Part shown: one piece after another, positions 9,501 to 17,534 of the stretch
Layout of the letters: the number at the start of each line of letters is the position of its first letter
Numbering within the stretch: position 1 is the first letter of the stretch
Assembly: GCA_963710755.1 (NCBI GenBank)
Contig: CAVQBK010000001.1
Span: 304,277-368,276 of the forward strand
Direction of reading: 5' to 3'
Length of the DNA stretch: 64,000 nt
Origin: an uncultured bacterium
GTDB lineage: Bacteria > Oederibacteriota > JAAXVQ01 > JAUVAV01
Notes under the pieces: generated by a model
What the model was told of the DNA's origin: nothing
Seen by the model: the letters and a program-made list of their open reading frames with translations, nothing else
Database searches by the model: none
Position numbers and translations under genes: made by a program

Positions 9501-12500
9501 GAACCTCTCTAAGTCTAAGCGCTTCCTGATTGGACATCATATCAGACTTTTCCAATTGGCCCACCAAGTTCATCAAACGTTTATCCAATTGTTCGTCTTG
9601 AGTAAAAGTTTGCTTTTCGATAATGGCGCCCAGCTTCATGCGTAGGTCGTTTCTATTGACAATACGGAGATGCTCCTTCCCTAATAACCTTTCCTTGATA
9701 GCTGTATTGGACAGCTGACTGCCTAAAATATCGTCATAGGCACCTTGCGCGTAGCCTTTTTGCTTCAAGCCAGACAAGATCGCTTCCAGACCCTGCACAG
9801 GTCTTGCCCGCTCAAATAGGCGGGTAATTAGAGAAGGTGACAACTTATACTTATCTTCATCAGTTTCTTGGTTGTAATTTCCAATGACCTCGGCATAACC
9901 TTCGACATCTTTCAAGGTCATTTTCTTCTTAAAGACAGCAACAGCCGCGTTGGGCGTTATTTGTGGCTCACGGCCAATGGGTTCCCATAGGTTTAAATGC
10001 TCCACAAAATAAGCCCATCCTTGCCGCCGAATGGACTCCAGTTGATTCGGTTCAAAAAATAGCTGGGATTCATTTGGCCTGGTCAGCTTCGTGAGGATAA
10101 GATCAAACACTTTCACTTCCGTATGATCCACAGCAGGCAGGTTATTGATAGCTTTAGCAACCCGGCCTTTGTCCAACCAACCCATCCGGGCCAGCTGATC
10201 AACCACTGGTTCCCAGTTCGACCCTTCACCGTCAACAAGGATGGGCTCATGCGAGTTATCTCCTGACCGACCGCCTTGGTGTTGCTCCATCATCATCTGA
10301 ACCGGCCATTGCCAGTGCAGCCAAGGCCCGCCGATAGTCATGCCCTTAGCACCGGCAGGCCAAAGGATCTCCACGGGCCACTGCCAACGCAGCTTAAAGG
10401 TTGGAAAATTAAAGCGGGAGGATAATGGCTTGAAGAAAGAACTGTAGGTGTCTTTTTCAATCAGCTTGTAGACGTAGACCCAAATGGAACCCCAGCCTGG
10501 CCGGCCCTTCAGCTGTTGGTCCAAACTCTGCAATCGCAGCCCTTCATGGACAACAATGGTCGGTAGCAGCAGGCCTTCCCTAAGCCGATTAAACCAGCGG
10601 TTAGTCCGAGCGCGCCACCAGCCAAGGCGCCAAAAATACCACCTTGCGGCCTTGAGACCACGCTGTCCGGGCCAGCCGGTACCAGGCCATGGTTGAATCA
10701 AGATTGACTTCATCAGCCCCGGCCTGCACCAGGGGCTGGTTGAACGCCTCAGTAAGCTTTGGATCCTGCGGGGCCCTGTCCAGATGAAGCCATCGCGCCT
10801 GAATCACCAAACCCAGGGCAATGGCCGTTTGTACTCCATAGACCATTAATGACAAACCACTGACCCCGCTTATGAGGAGCATGGTGAAAATCCATTGCAG
10901 GCCTTGACCATGGAGTACCAAGGAAAGGCTCGATCCCAGCATTAAGCCACTTAGCATAACTGCCATAAAGCCCTGAAGAAGATTGAAATCGCCTTTTTTG
11001 CCCCGCTTGTCAGTAGGTTTGAAGCCAATGGCCTTCCACGGGTTCAGCTTTGCAACCCATTGGCTTGTCATTTCAAGTAACTGTATAAAACGTTTGGCCC
11101 AATGGGTGGCTTTTTTCTGCCCATAGGCTTTTCTTGCAATAGCCAGGGCGGAAATAAGAAAGGTCGTGGATATGAGTCCGGTCAACGTCAAAGGTCCTGC
11201 GCCGGGTTTGACGCCAACCCCTTCCTCCCATTTATCGTAATAAGTCCCAAAAGCGACCTTTTTCCGCGGTAAACCGAAGATATCCACCGCCGGGAATTCA
11301 GGTTGCAGACTTTCAGGCTGCTTGTTTTGCCCGAAACGTGGTTCCAGGTACTCCATGTCCGCATGACTGCCAAAGAAAACCATTTGCCTGGCTACCAGGG
11401 TCCAATCGATCAAACCAAGCGTTTGTTTCACAAATGTCTCATGGCCTGGTCCCAAATAATTGTTAAAGTAAATCTCAAAGCTTTTACGCATCAGATTGGT
11501 TAAGCCCGAAAAACTCTCCGGCTCATTCCAATTCATGTTTCGCCATTTCAATGGATTTTGATTATGCCATTTGATAATCGCCAGAGTCACGACTAAAAAA
11601 TAACGGCTAAAAAATTCCAGTAGGTAAAAATTGGTTTCATTTTCGGCAAAATAGGTGTGAATGAAATCGATGTTTTTGCCCAACAGACCTAAATTTTGCA
11701 TAATCATCGCCATAGGCATAAGCCACTTTAAATCACGAACCATACCTTTCCCGCTCAAATTGATGGCCCAAATGGATTTCTCCCAATGCAGGCCACCGGT
11801 GGTATAACGGAACTTGTCACTGTGGCCGCGTTGGGCAATCCCATAGGTTGCCACAAAAGGTCTGTTGGTTCTCAAATTATGGAAAAGATCGGCCAAGGTA
11901 ATATGGATTTCATCATTGGCTGCCAGATCACCCAATTGACCAAAGGCTTGATAGACGGCATCGAAGAGTTGTTGTTCATTTTGGATATAGGGATAATGCA
12001 TGTATTCAGCGTATTGGGAATGGGGTTCAATTTTTTTAACCACAGCCACCAGCCGTTCCTGTTCTTCGGCCAAATCAAAAGGATGTCCCATAGAGGCCGC
12101 AAAGGTCTGTCTTTGCCCAACCAGTTCCCTGATGGATAAGGCTTGAGGCGAGCCATCAATAGTCTGTAACTCATTCATAGTAATTTTAAATAAAAATCGG
12201 TCTTGTGTTGGCGAAGATTTGACCTCAACCGGACGGGGACAACCCAGCCGGGCAAATTTGACAGCTTTGTCCAGCAGTTGCTGGCATTCAAAAACGAGTA
12301 AGCGGGGATTTTCTCCCTTTTTCAATATTTTTACATCCAGCCCCGACCCGTCTTCACTTTGAAAAATCAGACGTCGCCCCAAAACCGAAATCAGTTTCAG
12401 TGGTTGTTGAACACCGCACTTCTCCAACAACACCTTGCGGTTTAACTCGGGCAAAGAAGATAAATCCAAGGAATAGTCCAGGTTGAGATGCGGGGGCGCC

Positions 12501-15500
12501 GGTTTATAAGACACTTCCGGAACAACGTCCAAAATATACTCCGCCAACTGCAGGGAATGATTGAGCGCTTGGCCGTATATGTCAAATTCAAAATTTTCCA
12601 GGGTTGGTTCTTCTTTTAAAAGTGCCCAGAAAAGTTGGTCTTTTTCCCGTCCGGCCATGGTAATCATATTCTTAATGATGGTGCCTGGAGGTTGGTAGTC
12701 TTTTACAGCTTTTGCATTTTTCTCCAATCGGGCACGAAGGATGGAGAAAACAACCGCGGCGGCCACTGGATCCGCAATGCGTTGACTCAATGTTTTAAAC
12801 CGATCGATTAGCCGAGTGATCCGTTTTTCAATAACCTCGGGCTCGCCATTTGTGAAAACACTCACCGGCAAGGCCAGGTACGTTCTCAGCACAGCCACAG
12901 CACGGGAGGGCGATACGGCCTTTAAAACGTCGATAAACCGCCTGATCTCAACATGTAAATTCTCAATGCCATAATATTGGGCCCTTATCCCCCGTTCATC
13001 GACAAACTCCCTAATAATCTGAATTATGGCATAAAGACTTTCAAAGCCTTTGATTTTACTGATTAAAATTAATTGGTTTAATAATTCATCAGGATCATAA
13101 CCCGGGACTTGGTCCCCTTTCTTGCTGATGGCAAGCAGCTGTTTTAAGGCAGGTTCAATCAGCCGGGGCCGCAGCGCGGCTTGCAAAGTCTTCCATTGGC
13201 GCAAGTGTCTCATGGCCTTGGCCATTGTTAAATTTTGTTGCTCAGGATCGAGAGATCCCGGCTGGGTTAGGGTCCACCGGGCAAGCCAGTTCAGCCAGGT
13301 TTGTACCATCTCCGGTGAGGCCGGCAGGTTAAGGATTAATGTTAAAATCCGATTTTCCAATTTGATTTTTAAAAGAGGATTCGCATCGGGAAAGGTTTGT
13401 AAATATTTTTGGACCGCACTGTAAATATCCGTTTGGTTTTGAGGATAATTCTTTTCGAGGTTGTAGTATATCAGGATTCTTTGAATACTCATTATCAGGT
13501 ATTGATAGGTTTGGGGACGGATTAATTTTTCCAAATATACACCGGCTATGCGCCCAATAGCTGGTTTTAATGGTGGTTGCAGCCGCAGCCCTTCGTGGAC
13601 AACAATGATCGGTAGCAGCAGGCCTTCCCTAAGCCGATTAAACCAGCGGTTAGTTGAGCGAGCCATCAGCCATGGTGCCAGGGATACCACCTTGCGGTCT
13701 TGGGACCATGTGGTCCGTGCCAGCCGGTACCAGGGCATGGTCGAATCAAGATTGACTTCATCCGCGCCGGCCTGTACCAGGGCTTGGTTGAACGCTTCCG
13801 TTAAAACCGGATCCTGTTGAGCCTGGTCAAGGTTAAGCGCTTGTGCCCAAAGCAGCAGACCAAGGGCTACCATCAGCTGGCCAGCCAGCACCGCCACCGC
13901 CAAGGTGCTCATACCAGCCAAGCCAAGGCCGAGCAGTACCCCTAGCCATTGGTGGCTGGTTAAGTAAAATTGAAGTCCGCCTGCCAGAAGCACGCCGCCT
14001 GCCGCGACAGCCAAGGCATTTTGCCAAAGGGAATAAGGGCGGCTGACCTGAGGAGCTTGCTTCGGGAATGTTCTTTAAATACTGCTCAAATTGGCCCTCA
14101 CCTTTTAAAACATCGAGCATGATCATCAGACTAGGTTTAAGGATTTTTTGCCGGTCAGAAAGGCTGTGTTTCAAATGAGTGATCCAGATTTCTTGATACC
14201 CTGCTTCCAAGGCACTGACCTCGATCTCCTGGTCACGAATAGCTTCAAAGGGGTCAAGCTGTTTGTCCAGCTCCATTTTATCAAGGTATTCAGCTTTGAG
14301 CAGCCCTTGACCATAGCCGGTGTTCTTTAATAATGTTGAAAACTGCTTCACCGCCTCTGTCATGAGTTCCATTGCTTGTCTAGGATGACGCCCATGACGC
14401 ATCTTGGCTAGACGTTGCAACTCCATGATCTTCGTCAGACTTTCCTCAACTTCCGGCGTTATTAAATCAGACCGCATGGGTGATAGGAACAGCTTGGTAT
14501 TCAGGAAATCAAGGGTAAAGTCAAGCACTCCAAACGTCGTATTCGGATAACGGTAATCATTGAGTAGCGAGCCGAAATTAAAAAGCAGCGGCCAGCCGTC
14601 CACAAAAAAGTAGCGCCATAAATAGGGCTGGTTCATCTTCATAAAAATCTGAGCAATGAAAATATTGTTGAAAGCTTCTGCCATATTAATGCCGTACAGC
14701 TCAACCTTTTCCGCCGGGCAATGATCAGGCAGCTCACTGTCCTTGATGGTTCTGTAATTGACCACTCTGGCCATCACATAATCTTGCCGGTGAAGTTGAA
14801 TTTTACTCATGGGGCCGATATTGGTTTTTTTCCATTGTTCGAACACTTTAGGCGGTATCTCACTTATCGGGGTCATATTGGCCATAGAATGCAGTAGATT
14901 ATAGGTAAAACGGGTTAATTTAGAAGGTACCCTGAGGATAAGCCAGTTCTCATTTTTATAGGAGATGAGATGAGCCCGCAAATGCTTTTCCATACGCTCA
15001 TAGTAATTCAGATAATTTTCAAAATAGTGAATTCTTCCGGAAAAAGGATTGATCATGGCCGGTTCGGATTGTTTGACACCCTCGATAAACCGGCCCGCAT
15101 ATTCGCCCAGGCCTTCACCTAAATCAGCTTGTAAAAAGGCTAAAATCGCGGTCTTTATCAACTCTTTCCTGGCCTGATGAGCCTTGGCGTCTTTGCTCTG
15201 TTGGCTACCTTTCGTCCCGGTCATCATCATCACCGGTGACATCGGATCATCCGCCACTTCAAAGTCCATTCCTGCAGGAATAGCTAAAGGCTGCTCTTGA
15301 TAAAGGCCATTTTTCAACGTGTTAACCATTGCTTCCCAGAAGCGCCAAGGCGCCCAAAAAACCTTTAAAAGCCATCCTTTAATGGTATTTCCCCAACCCC
15401 TCCACGGCAGGCCGGACAGCCAACGATTGAGATCACGGCCACGGTGTAGCAGGAATGTCAGAACCAAATAGACGGCAATAAGCCTCACCAGGGGTGAGGT

Positions 15501-17303
15501 ATCCAGAGCGTGTCCGCGCCAAGCAGCCAAACGTTGGGTTACAGCCTCAATGTATTCGGGAGCGACCAGCACGATAGGGTGGCTGCCAATGGTCATGGCG
15601 ACATCCAGTCTTTCTTCCTGTTTAACCAGACCGGACACGGCTTTGGGGCCAATTACGGCCAGGGCGGCCTTGGCCCCCAAGCGAATCGGCACCGTCATGG
15701 TGTGGTCTTTATAAACTTTAATGTTACTCCATCCGATTTGGATATCCCGGGCCTGACCGGCATAGCCGGCCAAGAGTTTTTTCACCACTGCATTCAAATG
15801 ATAAATGACTTTATTTTGCATATGGGCATAAGCTATGGTTCTTACCTTAAACAACAACACCAATAAACGTTTAAAAGATCTTTCCCTCACCGTTAGGCCG
15901 GACTCGTCCGGTATTTTAGTCGGGTCCTGACTCTTGGGGAGATAGGATTGGAGGGCAAACTTGCGCTGCTCCTGGCTGAGCCATTGCTCCAGGGCGGTGG
16001 GCTTGCTGGTCAAAAGACTGAAATAGGGATTAAGCACATCCTGCTTGGTCAAACGCGGTTTCAAAGCCAGGTAGGACAAGCCCTTTTCTTTCAGGGCCTT
16101 CAGTACGCCGTCCGTATGATAACCACCGGTGATCAAGAGGGCGATGCCCTGCTTCTGCTCTTGCATGGCTGCAATAGTGTTATCCACAAACGCCCGGCTG
16201 CGCGCCTCAGCCCCTTGATAAAACGTTTTGGCCTCCTTCAGGTAATCATCAAGGCGATAAAGATCAGGTGACAGGATCTGAGTCTGAGTACTTGCTTCTT
16301 TGCCTTGATGGCGGTTGATGAAGTCCATAAAGGTTTGCACGTTAAATAGGTCATGGCCGGTGCGAAATAGCGCCACTTCCTCCGGTGTGGCCGATATATT
16401 CAATAACTTTTCAATAAGGGTAAGACGGCCCAGCTGTTCGTCGAGAAACCGTTCTTCCGGACGGCTATAATACTTTTCCCGTATTAATTGTTCCAGGCGA
16501 TCCATTTCCCCGAAGAGGGCTTCAGGATCCGCCTTTTGGTCATGAGCACCATGGCCCCGGTAAGCCTCGAAATTGGGAAAAGCCTTGAGGCTCAACTTTA
16601 ATTTCCGGGCCAAGCGAGACAGAAACACCGCATACGCGGACAGGGGCACACGTCCGAGTCGGAATTTTTCAAACTGGGCATCAACCTGATGTAAACGTTT
16701 GGAATAGATCGTTGGTTTTAAATTGTTCAGAGCGTCGCGCAAATCATAACAATACCCCAGGGCTTCATGGCTGAGAAGCATGTCCACGGACTTTTTATTT
16801 TCAGCGTAAAGGCGGGCGTCTTCGATGCCTTCCAAGCGTATGGGATTTTTGCCCGTGGCCGCGCAATATTCAGCGCCTGTTAACTTTCCTTGCTTCACAA
16901 AATAATCACTGACTTCTTTGCGGATTTTTTCCAGAGGAAAACTTCTGATCTCAGTGGGATTAATAGGCTGGCTGCTGCCCTCCACCGCCACCAATTTCAG
17001 TTGTTGTTCCTGACTTAACCGTGCGATAAGCTTGGCAATATTCATCTGGACTTCGTAATTACAGTGAAGGTCCTGCAGCTGAATAACCACGGGACCCGTG
17101 CCTTGATGAAAAGATTGAACAGTGGCCAGACGCGACGGGATATGGACAAGCCGGTTATTAAACATCACTGTCCCTTGTCCTGTCATTAAAGCGGAACTGT
17201 CAAAAGACCAACTGACCACCGGTAAAAGAAAACTGAGACAAACCAAATGAGTGACAACTTTGATAGGCCAACTGTGCTTTTTAATAATCAAAGATGAAAT
17301 CAT
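2751..17303 (-). CDS. Single giant multidomain protein gene (about 4,850 aa) broken by at least 7 apparent frameshifts; paralog of 17535..24071
   Basis: Seven or more overlapping or abutting same-strand ORFs, none with an obvious RBS except the first. The break at 10606 is shown by an internal repeat: the upstream copy reads through as ARSTNRWFNRL, while this copy has one extra C. Shares the N-terminal domain and LQSA(A) end with the intact neighbour. Confidence 0.75.
6590..7841 (-). CDS. Giant protein fragments 4-6 (ORFs 7143..7841, 6848..7129, 6590..6793), helical
   Basis: Frames can be joined by single-base indels, e.g. an A5 run near 7155 and a G3 run near 6882 on the coding strand. Confidence 0.55.
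7804..10713 (-). CDS. Giant protein fragment 3: end of second repeat linker, then long alpha-helical region of unknown function
   Basis: True reading begins at TNRWFNRLREGLLLP, continuing the repeat that is interrupted at 10606. Confidence 0.7.
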   Translation of the reverse strand: MKSILIQPWPGTGWPGQRGLKAARWYFWRLGWWRARTNRWFNRLREGLLLPTIVVHEGLRLQSLDQQLKGRPGWGSIWVYVYKLIEKDTYSSFFKPLSSRFNFPTFKLRWQWPVEILWPAGAKGMTIGGPWLHWQWPVQMMMEQHQGGRSGDNSHEPILVDGEGSNWEPVVDQLARMGWLDKGRVAKAINNLPAVDHTEVKVFDLILTKLTRPNESQLFFEPNQLESIRRQGWAYFVEHLNLWEPIGREPQITPNAAVAVFKKKMTLKDVEGYAEVIGNYNQETDEDKYKLSPSLITRLFERARPVQGLEAILSGLKQKGYAQGAYDDILGSQLSNTAIKERLLGKEHLRIVNRNDLRMKLGAIIEKQTFTQDEQLDKRLMNLVGQLEKSDMMSNQEALRLREVLKRELQERLRSLKEILYKEQHQNERFDKSIAKIQGTDSKTRIKQQTVQTVQKNRFEFYKYVTEERETLRRGSDAAFIHIIIQALAPTGADHEKEQWREPGEVEKSFEGTRIHKFLNHRDHLEIIYHYLKEKNLPLERSILEAAVDTTKTAAELRQLVSDTTYKKESPSYNLMRLLIVNPRPLPVLLDLYERLLALDMPPTNIGECVAMQNGSDRRLEAILDLVYQLHIKDQPGLVERIIKRSVGLKEIRQLLVLGENWSVDDFSRLLALGMSQNVKEKLRRFFTRRRGPPSMTLGKPPTAENNLEDYDELLKWFKALTPSSQTLLMTVFSMTREEVQQLTITKSDNESSVSWQGLNLPSDISAMIKTLDDQHWLQSHAFMEELKSIPLVHRNWETLFPLLLEHISQPDHPLFFNQSDIKNMIDPQYRYSYIRRFKENLGLWAFLNKGNHLSLINGRAVASLLRSDRPAAELEDYVAVFNNLKKEDIVIQATAVAETISGRREIEGLKEVVRWVAKHWAGVNERAQILGSSLSNQDLLEMKHRLEAESQQSSVKYAIKIIPEAGQS
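10529..13832 (-). repeat. Intragenic direct repeat of about 255 bp, two copies (10529..10783 and 13578..13832), bracketing the SidJ-like module
   Basis: Both encode DPxLTEAFNQxLVQAGADEVNLDSTMxWYRLARTxWSQxRKVVxLAPWLxARSTNRWFNRLREGLLLPxIVVHEGLRLQ, each preceded by two TM helices. Confidence 0.9.
10601..14014 (-). CDS. Giant protein fragment 2: TM/repeat linker, helical region and SidJ-like pseudokinase domain (about 11170..12400)
   Basis: Motifs GRRLIF, DVKILKKGE, YAEYMH, LADLFHN, INL..G..RDL, RYFLVVTL, RQMVFF in the same order as recalled Legionella SidJ motifs. Confidence 0.7.
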   Translation of the reverse strand: MAVAAGGVLLAGGLQFYLTSHQWLGVLLGLGLAGMSTLAVAVLAGQLMVALGLLLWAQALNLDQAQQDPVLTEAFNQALVQAGADEVNLDSTMPWYRLARTTWSQDRKVVSLAPWLMARSTNRWFNRLREGLLLPIIVVHEGLRLQPPLKPAIGRIAGVYLEKLIRPQTYQYLIMSIQRILIYYNLEKNYPQNQTDIYSAVQKYLQTFPDANPLLKIKLENRILTLILNLPASPEMVQTWLNWLARWTLTQPGSLDPEQQNLTMAKAMRHLRQWKTLQAALRPRLIEPALKQLLAISKKGDQVPGYDPDELLNQLILISKIKGFESLYAIIQIIREFVDERGIRAQYYGIENLHVEIRRFIDVLKAVSPSRAVAVLRTYLALPVSVFTNGEPEVIEKRITRLIDRFKTLSQRIADPVAAAVVFSILRARLEKNAKAVKDYQPPGTIIKNMITMAGREKDQLFWALLKEEPTLENFEFDIYGQALNHSLQLAEYILDVVPEVSYKPAPPHLNLDYSLDLSSLPELNRKVLLEKCGVQQPLKLISVLGRRLIFQSEDGSGLDVKILKKGENPRLLVFECQQLLDKAVKFARLGCPRPVEVKSSPTQDRFLFKITMNELQTIDGSPQALSIRELVGQRQTFAASMGHPFDLAEEQERLVAVVKKIEPHSQYAEYMHYPYIQNEQQLFDAVYQAFGQLGDLAANDEIHITLADLFHNLRTNRPFVATYGIAQRGHSDKFRYTTGGLHWEKSIWAINLSGKGMVRDLKWLMPMAMIMQNLGLLGKNIDFIHTYFAENETNFYLLEFFSRYFLVVTLAIIKWHNQNPLKWRNMNWNEPESFSGLTNLMRKSFEIYFNNYLGPGHETFVKQTLGLIDWTLVARQMVFFGSHADMEYLEPRFGQNKQPESLQPEFPAVDIFGLPRKKVAFGTYYDKWEEGVGVKPGAGPLTLTGLISTTFLISALAIARKAYGQKKATHWAKRFIQLLEMTSQWVAKLNPWKAIGFKPTDKRGKKGDFNLLQGFMAVMLSGLMLGSSLSLVLHGQGLQWIFTMLLISGVSGLSLMVYGVQTAIALGLVIQARWLHLDRAPQDPKLTEAFNQPLVQAGADEVNLDSTMAWYRLARTAWSQGRKVVFLAPWLVARSD
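13833..17303 (-). CDS. Giant protein fragment 1: signal peptide, conserved N-terminal domain (QDLHCNYEVQ...VEGS...TGGYHT...NPYF) and first cargo region
   Basis: First ~450 aa align motif by motif with 17535..24071; the tail after ~14050 reads as out of frame. Confidence 0.8.
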   Translation of the reverse strand: MISSLIIKKHSWPIKVVTHLVCLSFLLPVVSWSFDSSALMTGQGTVMFNNRLVHIPSRLATVQSFHQGTGPVVIQLQDLHCNYEVQMNIAKLIARLSQEQQLKLVAVEGSSQPINPTEIRSFPLEKIRKEVSDYFVKQGKLTGAEYCAATGKNPIRLEGIEDARLYAENKKSVDMLLSHEALGYCYDLRDALNNLKPTIYSKRLHQVDAQFEKFRLGRVPLSAYAVFLSRLARKLKLSLKAFPNFEAYRGHGAHDQKADPEALFGEMDRLEQLIREKYYSRPEERFLDEQLGRLTLIEKLLNISATPEEVALFRTGHDLFNVQTFMDFINRHQGKEASTQTQILSPDLYRLDDYLKEAKTFYQGAEARSRAFVDNTIAAMQEQKQGIALLITGGYHTDGVLKALKEKGLSYLALKPRLTKQDVLNPYFSLLTSKPTALEQWLSQEQRKFALQSYLPKSQDPTKIPDESGLTVRERSFKRLLVLLFKVRTIAYAHMQNKVIYHLNAVVKKLLAGYAGQARDIQIGWSNIKVYKDHTMTVPIRLGAKAALAVIGPKAVSGLVKQEERLDVAMTIGSHPIVLVAPEYIEAVTQRLAAWRGHALDTSPLVRLIAVYLVLTFLLHRGRDLNRWLSGLPWRGWGNTIKGWLLKVFWAPWRFWEAMVNTLKNGLYQEQPLAIPAGMDFEVADDPMSPVMMMTGTKGSQQSKDAKAHQARKELIKTAILAFLQADLGEGLGEYAGRFIEGVKQSEPAMINPFSGRIHYFENYLNYYERMEKHLRAHLISYKNENWLILRVPSKLTRFTYNLLHSMANMTPISEIPPKVFEQWKKTNIGPMSKIQLHRQDYVMARVVNYRTIKDSELPDHCPAEKVELYGINMAEAFNNIFIAQIFMKMNQPYLWRYFFVDGWPLLFNFGSLLNDYRYPNTTFGVLDFTLDFLNTKLFLSPMRSDLITPEVEESLTKIMELQRLAKMRHGRHPRQAMELMTEAVKQFSTLLKNTGYGQGLLKAEYLDKMELDKQLDPFEAIRDQEIEVSALEAGYQEIWITHLKHSLSDRQKILKPSLMIMLDVLKGEGQFEQYLKNIPEASSSGQPPLFPLAKCLGCRGRRRASGRRTSILLNQPPMARGTARPWLGWYEHLGGGGAGWPADGSPWSAALGTSA

Positions 17304-17534
17304 CGGACCGCCTATGTCTGAGATTTGAAACAGATAAATGAGATTAGATTAAATCTATTATAGCAAAGCAGTAGTTGATCGCAAATGTGAGGACAGGCTT
17401 TTAGGAAAATTATCAAATTTAAAAATCAGTACGTTTCAATTTAAAGCTTACTGTTTGGTTTTTATGGGTATTGTTAAAACACCCAGCCTGAATCACTATA
17501 TTTTAATATCTTTATTTTATAAGGATATTATCGC

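Noticed and set aside
2751-17303. Programmed frameshifting or phase variation in the giant gene
   Set aside because: Breaks are scattered single-base indels without a shared slippery motif, and similar indels hit unrelated genes (44788, 44968, 63492). Sequencing error is the simplest explanation, although real decay cannot be excluded without reads
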